Virus record (IMG/VR): IMGVR_UViG_3300025162_000016
Coordinates: 248,001 to 312,000 of that record
Length of the DNA stretch: 64,000 bases
Reading direction: 5' to 3' (one strand)
Below the pieces are notes generated by a model. That model did not search any database. It saw nothing but the letters and a program-made list of their open reading frames with translations, and was not told where the DNA came from. Numbering within the stretch: position 1 is the stretch's first letter; each line of letters begins with the position of its first letter. Position numbers and translations under genes: made by a program. Shown one piece after another: positions 47,775 to 57,240 of this stretch.

Positions 47775-49112
47775 ATGAACTACCCACCCTCTAAAGAGAG
47801 TGGGTTTCCGTTCCAACCAATTGCCCATTGTTTCCAATAGGTCTTACATCAGGACAAACGGCTAACCCAGTCGTTCCGACTGTTAAATTTAATCCTTGTT
47901 TTAGGATATTCAGAGATGCATTTAAATCTCTATCGTGTTTGTAGTTACATTTTGGACAATTCCACTCTCTATCTTTAAGTGTTAAATCATCTTTAATATA
48001 TCCACAGTTACTACAAGTTTTACTGGATGGGAAGTATCTATCAATTTTAATGACTTTTCTTCCATACCATTCACTTTTATAACATATCTGTCTTACTAAT
48101 TCTGACCAAGAACAATCTCCAATGGATTTAGCATATCTATGATCTCCCATCATATTTTTTACGGACAAATCTTCAAGTATAAGAGTTTGGTTTTCGCTCA
48201 CTAACTTGTGAGATATTTGATGTAAATGATTACTACGAATATTGGCAATTTTAACGTGGAGTTTTCCGAGTTTTAACCTTGCTTTAATTCTCCCGATGGA
48301 TTTTTTCCCAGTCCTACTAACTGATTTCTGTCTAATTCTAACTAATTTTTCTAATTGTTTGAGCGGTTTTATGTTTTTAAATCTAATTCCGTCTGAGCAT
48401 ACTACTAAGGATTTAATTCCCAAATCAATCCCAACAGCATTATTTAATTCTGATTTGATTTCAATGTTTTTAGTAACACCAATACACGCAAAATATTGTC
48501 CTGCTACATTACGACTAATAGTAGCATTTTCAATTGATCCTTCAATTTTACGATGTTGATCGATTTTTATTCCTTCTTTAAATTTGGGAAAATATATTCT
48601 TCCATCTTCTACAGAGACAAATTGTGGTAATCTAAATGATTGTTTACTTCTTCTATTTTTAAATCTTGGATATTTGGATTTTTTCTTAAAGAAACGATTA
48701 AAAGCAGTTTCTAGATGTTTTAAAGAATGTTGGAGTGATTGAGAATTACACTCATTTAACCATTCGGTTTCCGTGTTTGATTTGAGTTTTGTTAACTCTG
48801 CTGACATTTCATTATAATTTAATGATTTTTTAGCAAGTTGTTTTTCTTTTGCATTTAAGTAAAACTTAGTTCGTTTATCTAAAAATAGATTATACACATA
48901 ACGAATACTTCCGAAATGTTTAGACAATAATATCTCTTGTTCCTTTGTAGGATAGATTCTAAATTTATATGTATATTGTCTATTCATTTATACGAAATTT
49001 TGTTTCTCGTATAATACATATCGTTCATTTTCTCAAAACATCAAAATAATTTAAAATATTTTATTGGTCGCCATTCATCCCAAGGTCTAAAGACACTTGG
49101 GTTTTCTGGCGA
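47775..49112 (-). mobile_element. IS200/IS605-family tnpB-only element (TnpB3)
   Basis: Right-end hairpin ending GTAGTTCAT; left-end CCCAAG-GTCTAAAGAC-ACTTGGG hairpin. Confidence 0.8.
47791..48987 (-). CDS. tnpB: RNA-guided endonuclease TnpB (canonical, with Zn finger)
   Basis: YKFRIYPT HTH, GIDLG, LILEDL, SSKTCSNC..CPKC, HDRDLNA. Confidence 0.95.
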   Translation of the reverse strand: MNRQYTYKFRIYPTKEQEILLSKHFGSIRYVYNLFLDKRTKFYLNAKEKQLAKKSLNYNEMSAELTKLKSNTETEWLNECNSQSLQHSLKHLETAFNRFFKKKSKYPRFKNRRSKQSFRLPQFVSVEDGRIYFPKFKEGIKIDQHRKIEGSIENATISRNVAGQYFACIGVTKNIEIKSELNNAVGIDLGIKSLVVCSDGIRFKNIKPLKQLEKLVRIRQKSVSRTGKKSIGRIKARLKLGKLHVKIANIRSNHLHQISHKLVSENQTLILEDLSVKNMMGDHRYAKSIGDCSWSELVRQICYKSEWYGRKVIKIDRYFPSSKTCSNCGYIKDDLTLKDREWNCPKCNYKHDRDLNASLNILKQGLNLTVGTTGLAVCPDVRPIGNNGQLVGTETHSL

Positions 49113-49168
49113 CACAGAGATAAAATAATTTATTGACTTTTATCGCACTCTGTGATACATATATAAAT

Positions 49169-49369
49169 ATGACTATTTCAATTAAAACCGCATCTCGTAA
49201 AGATATTCAGCAGTTCCAACGATGGGTTAAGTTACAACCTTGGTCTGAAATATCTTTTCTCCACGAAACTTACCTCCGAGATGATTGCCGTGAAGAAAAA
49301 TTGAAAATTCTCTTCGCCAAATTCTCCGCTCTACCACTAAATCAACGGTTTCCAGCGGGTGATAGGTGA
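49169..49369 (+). CDS. Small hypothetical protein converging on the array trailer
   Basis: TTGACT-17-TACATA promoter; stop codon lies inside the terminal repeat. Confidence 0.45.
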   Translation: MTISIKTASRKDIQQFQRWVKLQPWSEISFLHETYLRDDCREEKLKILFAKFSALPLNQRFPAGDR

Positions 49370-50344
49370 TATAGTGACTGGTCTGTTCCAGCACTTCACC
49401 GGCGAAGCACCTGCTCGGCAAGGACCGCTACCACGAGGTGGTGATATAGTAACTGGTCTGTTCCAGCACTTCACCATTACCGATGTTTCTTTATAGCATA
49501 TACATATAACGGCGGTGATATAGTAACTGGTCTGTTCCAGCACTTCACCTAGGCGACTGAGTTAGGGGCTTTTCCTATATAGCGGTGGTGATATAGTAAC
49601 TGGTCTGTTCCAGCACTTCACCTGAATATGCATTGCCTCTGGTGCAACAATTCGGATAGGTGATATAGTAACTGGTCTGTTCCAGCACTTCACCCAGATA
49701 GAAGATGATAAACCGGATTCTCTACTGATGGTGATATAGTAACTGGTCTGTTCCAGCACTTCACCTTGAAAGGATACCATAGGAAGGATATGTATTACTC
49801 ATGGTGATATAGTAACTGGTCTGTTCCAGCACTTCACCTAGAGTTTGCTTTTGATGAAAGCCAATATGCTGCGGGTGATATAGTAACTGGTCTGTTCCAG
49901 CACTTCACCTCTTTTTTTATTGCTCTATGAGCAGAGACTTGGCTCTGGTGATATAGTAACTGGTCTGTTCCAGCACTTCACCTCTTTTTTTATTGCTCTA
50001 TGAGCAGAGACTTGGCTCTGGTGATATAGTAACTGGTCTGTTCCAGCACTTCACCGTAGAGTTCAGCACTTGGAATATCCATTACTATGATAGGTGATAT
50101 AGTAACTGGTCTGTTCCAGCACTTCACCCATATTTTCCAGTTGGTTCGGGCAAATCAATCGTGGGTGATATAGTAACTGGTCTGTTCCAGCACTTCACCT
50201 TCTTTACTCCATTCCCAGAAGGCTAATGCGAGCGGTGGTGATATAGTAACTGGTCTGTTCCAGCACTTCACCAAATGCAAGTTATCACTATATTTCGCCA
50301 ACTCGAACGGTGATATAGTAACTGGTCTGTTCCAGCACTTCACC
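49365..50344 (-). CRISPR. CRISPR array: 14 repeats (36 nt, GGTGAAGTGCTGGAACAGACCAGTTACTATATCACC as transcribed), 13 spacers of 35-39 nt
   Basis: Read directly; variant trailer repeat at 49365; spacers 49910-49946 and 49983-50019 identical. Confidence 0.99.
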
Positions 50345-50465
50345 TGTATCCCTCGTAAGTAACGTATTATCAAAGAACTGTGTATCAATTTGCGAGCGGC
50401 AGTGTATTCTATTATCCCCGGTTTGTCAACATCAAATATCATATTTCGTAAGTTCCATATTATCA
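50345..50465 (-). promoter_or_regulatory. CRISPR leader with sigma70 promoter
   Basis: Minus-strand TTGACA-17-TACACT; CCGCTCGCAA motif recurs at ~50390, ~50480 and inverted at ~50514. Confidence 0.85.
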
Positions 50466-50523
50466 GCGAGTTACAAGTTGCGAGCGGCTACGGCATATTT
50501 GACGCCACCTAACCGCTCGCAAA

Positions 50524-52800
50524 TTAACATAAAAGTCCCAGCTCAATATCATAATTAATATGATAGTTATTCAATGCCCACATTGTAATTGGGTCATCGG
50601 CATCGTCCCGAATTTTCTCTAGCGGTTCAATAATTCCGGCATTAAGTAATCGTTGGTGTACATTTCCAAATACCGTTACCGAATTTCTGCTAATATCCGC
50701 ATATCCGAGGGTAATATCTTTAGATTTAATTCTTTCAATGACAGTCGGATCGATTACAACTGTAAATTTTTGAGTTTTTATCAATCGCATTAAATTACCT
50801 ACGGTGCGGAGATTTCCCTTGGAAAAGTTATCTTCAATCCGAGAAATCATATTCCAATTGCTAGTTGTTAACGTGTCTCTCGCTGCCGATGTTCCCATTG
50901 CCGGAATCCATTCATTTTTTTCTAATTTACGAAATACATTAATCGCTCTTTGTGTCGTAGGATTAATAGTTATTGTTCCCTTTCGGATTAATGATTCAGA
51001 AAAACAAAAAACATATACTTTTCCGATTTTAAATTCATTATTCCTATTACATCTTCCGGTGCATTGTTGAAGTGAATCTAAACTGGTTTCTTCTCGATAA
51101 CACCGCTCAAATGATATATCAATACCACATTCTACCATTGAGGTGGCAATTAATATGACCGGTAATTCATCTTTTATTTTTTGTTTTATTAATTCCAATC
51201 TTTTTTCTCTAAACTCCGGTGTCACTCGACTACTCAAATGATAGACATTCCCATTTCCGCTATTCAATAATTTAAATAAAACCTTCGCATTATTAGTGGT
51301 ATTACATACTATTAAAGTAGAATGTTTGTTTTTATATCCATTAGTTATATGCCGACATAATTTACCTAATCCAATAGCTCCCAGATGCGATTTTTTAACC
51401 CGTGTATTTTCTCTCGCCTGAAAATGCTTCCATTCCGTATGTGTAAGCATATTATCCACTACTATATTTTTATGATATAAATCCCAAAAATCAATGGGAG
51501 TCCCGGAACTAAAAATAACGTGAACATTATAATTGTTTACTAATTTTTCTAATAAAAATAACGCATGTGACCATAATTCATATGGCATCGCTTGATGATA
51601 CTCATCAAGAACAATGACCGAATCCGTAAAATGAATGAGTTTCCCTATCGCTGCGGGATGATAAGTAGTCAATGCCTCGAAAAATTGCACGCAAGTAGTA
51701 TACGTTAATGGACCATCTAATCTATTATTATATTTTCGCAACCGCCAATCTGTAAACTGAACCATAGAATGATGCTCGTTAATAACCCCTACCTGATACT
51801 CTCCCGGTAACAAAAGAGATTCTTTTGCTTTACCAACAAGTTGATTGATAACATTAATATATGGGGCCACAATAAATATTCGTTCACACCCATATTTTTT
51901 TGCCATTTTCAATGCCTTTTTATGATTAGCATTGGTTTTACCCGAACCTACCGTACCATCGTTTTTTATCCAAGATGAGATAGATTCCCTATCCGCCGAC
52001 GCATAAAGAAGCTTCCGATCTTTAATTCTTTTACCGGGATTTATTTTACTTAATCCATCATTATATTTATCAAAATTTTCAATACGCTCATCCTCTCGAA
52101 GTTTATATGGCTCAGGTAGCACATATCCATCATTACGAAATTGATTGGTGTCGGCGTGATCAGCAGACACCATGCAGGAAAAACACTCTGATATATCATG
52201 CCAATCAACATTTTTAATATTAATGTTATACCCAACATCCGGCATTGAATCCGTAATAATTATATCTTCTTTATGTAGTTGTTCCCATATAATAAGATTA
52301 GCATCTACATAATCTCTTATACGATAATCCCGCCATTTTTCTTTAAGATGTATTTTGGTCGGCGATAACATTTGTGACGGATTAACAAGAGTAATTTTAG
52401 TTAATTCTTCCCAATCTATATAACCAATATGATGAGCCAATATCAGCCACGCTGCTAAAAGATAATATAATTCATTGGTTCGTTCATATTCCTTAATACA
52501 ATGCGATACTCCTGCATCAACATGGTTAAGCATTGACGTATCGCTTTCGCTTGATTGTGAAAGAATTGCTTGACATTCCGGCATCAATTTTCCCAAATCA
52601 TGCCATTCTGTAGCAGTTTCAAGTATTTTCCGATAGAAATTTACCATTTTTCTATTCTTATAATGACGAAATCTACGATCAAACTCCCGCAAGGCGTTAT
52701 TACGTACCGCATGAATGTGATCCCGATATAATTGCGGAGCAACTGTACGGTTCGATGCGTTCACCTGATAACCGGAATGGGCAAAATTTTCTGTCAGCAT
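50524..52800 (-). CDS. cas3: Cas3 helicase-nuclease (HD + SF2)
   Basis: DH, WHDLGK, NH..AG, AHH, SADH; GSGKT, APYINVINQ, DEYH, SGT, NT, ATSMVECGID, QCTGRCNR. Confidence 0.93.
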   Translation of the reverse strand: MLTENFAHSGYQVNASNRTVAPQLYRDHIHAVRNNALREFDRRFRHYKNRKMVNFYRKILETATEWHDLGKLMPECQAILSQSSESDTSMLNHVDAGVSHCIKEYERTNELYYLLAAWLILAHHIGYIDWEELTKITLVNPSQMLSPTKIHLKEKWRDYRIRDYVDANLIIWEQLHKEDIIITDSMPDVGYNINIKNVDWHDISECFSCMVSADHADTNQFRNDGYVLPEPYKLREDERIENFDKYNDGLSKINPGKRIKDRKLLYASADRESISSWIKNDGTVGSGKTNANHKKALKMAKKYGCERIFIVAPYINVINQLVGKAKESLLLPGEYQVGVINEHHSMVQFTDWRLRKYNNRLDGPLTYTTCVQFFEALTTYHPAAIGKLIHFTDSVIVLDEYHQAMPYELWSHALFLLEKLVNNYNVHVIFSSGTPIDFWDLYHKNIVVDNMLTHTEWKHFQARENTRVKKSHLGAIGLGKLCRHITNGYKNKHSTLIVCNTTNNAKVLFKLLNSGNGNVYHLSSRVTPEFREKRLELIKQKIKDELPVILIATSMVECGIDISFERCYREETSLDSLQQCTGRCNRNNEFKIGKVYVFCFSESLIRKGTITINPTTQRAINVFRKLEKNEWIPAMGTSAARDTLTTSNWNMISRIEDNFSKGNLRTVGNLMRLIKTQKFTVVIDPTVIERIKSKDITLGYADISRNSVTVFGNVHQRLLNAGIIEPLEKIRDDADDPITMWALNNYHINYDIELGLLC

Positions 52801-52916
52801 TTTTTAGCTTAACTTTTTTCCTCCGCAAAGTCAATATTTTATTCGGTTTTTTGGATCAATCGATTTTCCCTAAAATAAATCTTGCTTTTTTTCGACAATA
52901 GTGTTAGGTTAACACC
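52801..52916. promoter_or_regulatory. Back-to-back sigma70 promoters for cas3 and cas12, both (near-)leaderless
   Basis: Plus TTGCTT-17-TAGGTT, 6 nt before the ATG; minus TTGACT-17-TAAGCT, 5 nt before the ATG. Confidence 0.75.
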
Positions 52917-55900
52917 ATGACAAAAGAAAAAATCAAAAAAACCAAAAAGGCAAAAGTAGAAAAAGACTCCGTAACACGGGCGGGTATTTTGCGGATATTG
53001 TTGAATCCAGATCAACATCAAGAACTCGATACTCTCATCTCTGACCACCAAGAGGCTGCTAGAGAAATTCAGACTGCGACATATAAATTATCTGGACTAA
53101 AGCTATATGACAAAACCAACAACATGGTGGTCGATGGTAGCAAAGCAACCCCCGAAGAACAAGAGGCTTATTATAAAATAATTAATTGGGAAGGTCAGCC
53201 AATTTCAATTTCCAATCCAATGGTGCGGGCTACATTTAAAAGTATAGCGAAAGTCAAAGAAGATATTCGTCGAAAACAGGAAGAGTATGCTAAGCTTGAA
53301 GAAGCGGATTTGACAAAAATGTCAACCGGTGATGTAAAAAAACATAAAAATGAACTTAGAAAAGCAGCAAACAGAATTAAACATTCTGAAGAGATTCTTC
53401 AGTTTGCCAAATGGCGACTTGCCGACATTTTTCCGCTCCCTCTATCGCACAACTCTCAGTTACATCTTAAAAATAACTATCACCAAAATGTATTCAGTGG
53501 ATTCCATGCACGAGTTAAAGGATGGAACGCATGTGATATTGCGGCTCAAGCAAATTATGCTGAGATAGATAACCGATTAACGGAGTTGTCTTCGGAATTA
53601 TCCGGTGATTATGGGAGCGAAGTTATAACCGATTTGATGGGCTTGTTACAATACACTAAAGAACTAGGAGAAGGATACACGGATACTTCTTATTTGAATT
53701 ATAAATTTTTATCGTTTTTTAAGGAATGCTGGCGACCCAATGCAATTGCTAATAACACCGGATTGCTAGAAGGATTTTGGCTGGCAAATAATAAACACAC
53801 CAATAAAAAAAATCAAGTTGCTTATTCTTTCAATCCAAAAATTAGTGAAGAATTGTTCCGACGAAGAAGTTTATGGGAATCTGATAAATGCCTTTTGTCT
53901 GATCCAAGATTTGAAAAATATGTTGAATTATTTGATAAACATGGTCGTTATCGTAAAGGAGCTTCCCTTACTTTAATTTCAAAAGAATCTCCCATTCCAA
54001 TCGGTTTCTCAATGGATCGCAATGCGGCTAAATTAGTCCGTATAGATAATGATACCGCCAATCGTCAATTAACCATTACTATCGAACTTCCCAATAAAGA
54101 AGAACGTTCTTATGTAGCTGCGTATGGACGTAAACATGAAACTAAATGTTATTATAATGGGCTTACAACAAGATTACCTCGTAGTGAGAAGGAGTTGCTT
54201 GCATTAGCCAAAGCAGAAAATCGTGAACTCACGGACAAAGAAATACATGAGGCATCACTTGAAAAGTGTTATATTTTTGAATATGCCCGAGCCGGTAAAA
54301 TACCGGTGTTTGCTGTCGTAAAAACATTATATTTTCGACGCAACCCGTCTAATGGTGAATATTATGTTATTCTTCCAACTAATATTTTTGTTGAATATCA
54401 CGCCAATAATGAATTCAATTCCAAGGAATTATTCAAAATTAGATCGGAGCTCCAAAAGGCATGGGATGAAGTTCGCACGCCTAAACGTAATGTTCAAAGC
54501 TGTGTTTTGGATAAAGACCTAAGTAAACGTTTTGCCGGTAGAACTTTGAAATATGCGGGAATAGACCTTGGATATAGTAATCCATATACGGTTAGTTATT
54601 ATAACGTGGTGGGAACAGAAGAAGGTATTCAAATCAAAGAAACGGGAAATGAAATTGTTTCTACGGTTTTTAATGAACAGTATATTCAACTCAAAGGGAA
54701 TATATACCAACTTATAAATATCATTCGTGCCTCCCGTCGATACTTACAAGAGAGCGGTGAATTAAAGCTAAGTAAAGATGATATTAAAAGTTTTGATCAA
54801 CTCATGGAGTTACTCCCATCCGAACAACGAATTACTATCGATCAATTCATTAAAGATATTAAAAAAGCAAAACAAGAGGGAAAGTTAATACGAGACATTA
54901 AAGGAAAACTCCCGGTTGAAGGGAAAAAGAAAGAATATTGGGTTATCAGTAATTTAATGTATGTTATTACTCAAACAATGAATGGTATTCGGGGAAATAG
55001 AGATTCTAATAATCATCTCACCGAGAAGAAAAATTGGTTGTCGGCTCCCCCATTAATTGAATTGATTGATGCTTATTATAATCTTAAAAAAACATTCAAT
55101 GATTCCGGTGATGGAATTAAAATGCTTCCTAAAGATCATGTATATGCCGAAGGAGAAAAACAACGGTGTACTCTAAGAGAAGAAAACTTCTGTAAAGGTA
55201 TTTTAGAGTGGCGGGATAATGTTAAAGATTATTTCATTAAAAAATTATTCTCCCAAATCGCTCACCGCTGTTACGAATTAGGAATCGGTATCGTAGCAAT
55301 GGAGAATCTTGATATAATGGGATCATCTAAAAATACTAAACAAAGTAATCGTATGTTTAATATCTGGCCCAGAGGACAAATGAAAAAATCTGCCGAAGAT
55401 GCGTTTAGTTATATGGGTATATTAATCCAATATGTCGATGAAAATGGAACCAGTCGCCATGATGCCGATTCCGGTATTTATGGTTGTCGTGATGGTGCAA
55501 ATCTATGGCTACCTAATAAAAAATTGCACGCCGATGTAAACGCCTCTCGAATGATCGCTCTACGAGGACTTACTCATCATACTAATCTGTATTGTAGAAG
55601 TTTAACCGAAATAGAAAATGGAAAGTACGTTAATACATATGAATTGTTCGATACCACAAAAAATGACCAAAGTGGAGCGGCAAAACGACTCCGTGGAGCA
55701 GAAACTCTTCTACATGGTTATTCCGCTACCGTATACCAAATCCATACCACAAACACCGGTGCCGGTGTTGCCTTACTACCTGACTTAACTGCAACCGATG
55801 TCATTAAAAATAAAAAAATCACCGCCACAAAAGAAAATACAGCCAAATATTATAAATTAGATAATACTAATACCTACTACCCATGGAGTGTATGTGAAAA

Positions 55901-55928
55901 ACTTCACAAAAATTGGAAACTATCATAA
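52917..55928 (+). CDS. cas12: Class 2 type V effector (Cas12h/Cas12b-like), 1003 aa
   Basis: RuvC-I GIDLG, RuvC-II VAMENL, GTS..D..SG..G.R, RuvC-III HADVNA..IALRGL.H; adjacent array. Confidence 0.88.
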   Translation: MTKEKIKKTKKAKVEKDSVTRAGILRILLNPDQHQELDTLISDHQEAAREIQTATYKLSGLKLYDKTNNMVVDGSKATPEEQEAYYKIINWEGQPISISNPMVRATFKSIAKVKEDIRRKQEEYAKLEEADLTKMSTGDVKKHKNELRKAANRIKHSEEILQFAKWRLADIFPLPLSHNSQLHLKNNYHQNVFSGFHARVKGWNACDIAAQANYAEIDNRLTELSSELSGDYGSEVITDLMGLLQYTKELGEGYTDTSYLNYKFLSFFKECWRPNAIANNTGLLEGFWLANNKHTNKKNQVAYSFNPKISEELFRRRSLWESDKCLLSDPRFEKYVELFDKHGRYRKGASLTLISKESPIPIGFSMDRNAAKLVRIDNDTANRQLTITIELPNKEERSYVAAYGRKHETKCYYNGLTTRLPRSEKELLALAKAENRELTDKEIHEASLEKCYIFEYARAGKIPVFAVVKTLYFRRNPSNGEYYVILPTNIFVEYHANNEFNSKELFKIRSELQKAWDEVRTPKRNVQSCVLDKDLSKRFAGRTLKYAGIDLGYSNPYTVSYYNVVGTEEGIQIKETGNEIVSTVFNEQYIQLKGNIYQLINIIRASRRYLQESGELKLSKDDIKSFDQLMELLPSEQRITIDQFIKDIKKAKQEGKLIRDIKGKLPVEGKKKEYWVISNLMYVITQTMNGIRGNRDSNNHLTEKKNWLSAPPLIELIDAYYNLKKTFNDSGDGIKMLPKDHVYAEGEKQRCTLREENFCKGILEWRDNVKDYFIKKLFSQIAHRCYELGIGIVAMENLDIMGSSKNTKQSNRMFNIWPRGQMKKSAEDAFSYMGILIQYVDENGTSRHDADSGIYGCRDGANLWLPNKKLHADVNASRMIALRGLTHHTNLYCRSLTEIENGKYVNTYELFDTTKNDQSGAAKRLRGAETLLHGYSATVYQIHTTNTGAGVALLPDLTATDVIKNKKITATKENTAKYYKLDNTNTYYPWSVCEKLHKNWKLS

Positions 55929-55929
55929 T

Positions 55930-56390
55930 CGCCAAATGTTGTAACATATCAGTTATTATATCACCGGCGAACTGTGAACTCTCGCAGAAACAAAAGAAAT
56001 GCTTTCTGCTTGACTTTTTCAAAAATATCGGTATCATACCAATATGAATGAATCATTGGTATGTGGACGGTTAACCGCCCATAAAAAACCTTGTCAAAAT
56101 TAACCCGTTTTTTATATTATATATATATAAAAACATATCTACGTATTCTTAAAGGTGAAGTGCTGGAACAGACCAGTTACTATATCACCGATATAATATC
56201 GGTAACATACCAATATGAATACAAAAACAGATATGAAACAATATGATACCGAAACCCTGTCCCCTCTCATCTATATAGTAAAAAAAATATCCTTACCTAC
56301 ATAAAGATATATCTACATATTCAAAATATAAAAACATATCTACGTATTCTTAAAGGTGAAGTGCTGGAACATATCAGTTACTATACCACC
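55930..56390 (+). CRISPR. Three widely spaced repeat copies after cas12 (55930-55965 degenerate, 56154-56189 perfect, 56355-56390 3 mismatches)
   Basis: Direct comparison with consensus. Confidence 0.8.
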
Positions 56391-57240
56391 CTATATCCCC
56401 CCCCTCCCCCCCCATATCACCAAAAAATAAAATATACCCTTATTCCTTTTTATATTCTATACCCTTCCCCCATCGCTATATGCTATTTTATAAAAACTAA
56501 ATATCTACAATATTAGTAGATTATAGGGTGTATATACGTATATACACGCCTTTTTTATACTATATTAATGTATTTCACCAATAATTTACAAAAATATATC
56601 CATAAATACGTATAAAGAATTATGGCGATAATAGTTTATAAAGCTTATAACGGCAGTGGTTTATATAACATAATATATTGCCGATATATCCTATATTAAT
56701 GATTTTATAAATAATTATAAAAGGATAGGCTGGCGACAAAAAGTTTCATTTAAAACGGGTATTTCACCAATTTATTTTTATAAAAATAAATATTAACTCT
56801 AAGAATGGTATTTCACCAATTTATTTTATAAAAATAATTATTAATTCTAAAAATGGTATTTCACCAATTTATTTTTATAAAATAAATATTAACTCTAAGA
56901 ATGGGTATTTCACCAATTTATTTTTATAAAATAAATATTAACTCTAAGAATGGGTATTTCACCAATTTATTTTTATAAAATAATTAATAACTCTAAGGTT
57001 AGAGTTATTTTTTTTTTTAATAAATCTAAGGTTAGAATTAATCGGTGAAAATACCACTTGACGGGATAACTCTAAGGTTAGAGTTAATGAGAGGAATAAA
57101 TCTAAGGTTAGAGTTGATCGGGATATGGGTATAGTTGTACGTACTGGGAGGGAGAGAGGGAGGGAGGGGAGAGAGCGGGATATTTGGATTGGAAAGATTG
57201 CGGAAAGAATAGCTTGCTTTTTTACGAGGGAGTAGTAAGA
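56390..57240. other. Putative replication origin
   Basis: Gene-free and very AT-rich; C-tract at ~56390-56415 vs G-tract at ~57145-57180; iterons and palindromes. Confidence 0.6.
56757..56997. repeat. Five ~49-bp iteron-like tandem repeats
   Basis: GGTATTTCACCAATTTATTTTTATAAAATAAATATTAACTCTAAGAAT at ~56758, 56807, 56855, 56904, 56953. Confidence 0.92.

Noticed and set aside
49910-50019. Two identical adjacent spacers
   Set aside because: Common repeat-mediated duplication; not novel
49401-50308. Full-length self-targeting spacers within the window
   Set aside because: None noticed by eye; an exhaustive alignment was not possible
49227-50442. ORFs 49227-49421, 49337-49543, 49562-49780 and 50155-50442
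   Set aside because: They are translations of CRISPR repeats and spacers (recurring VKCWNRPVTISP / GEVLEQTSYYIT)
55940-55965. Partial repeat after cas12 as a tracrRNA anti-repeat
   Set aside because: As an antisense RNA its mismatches would be A-C or A-G rather than G-U; it fits better as a degenerate sense repeat, though not excluded
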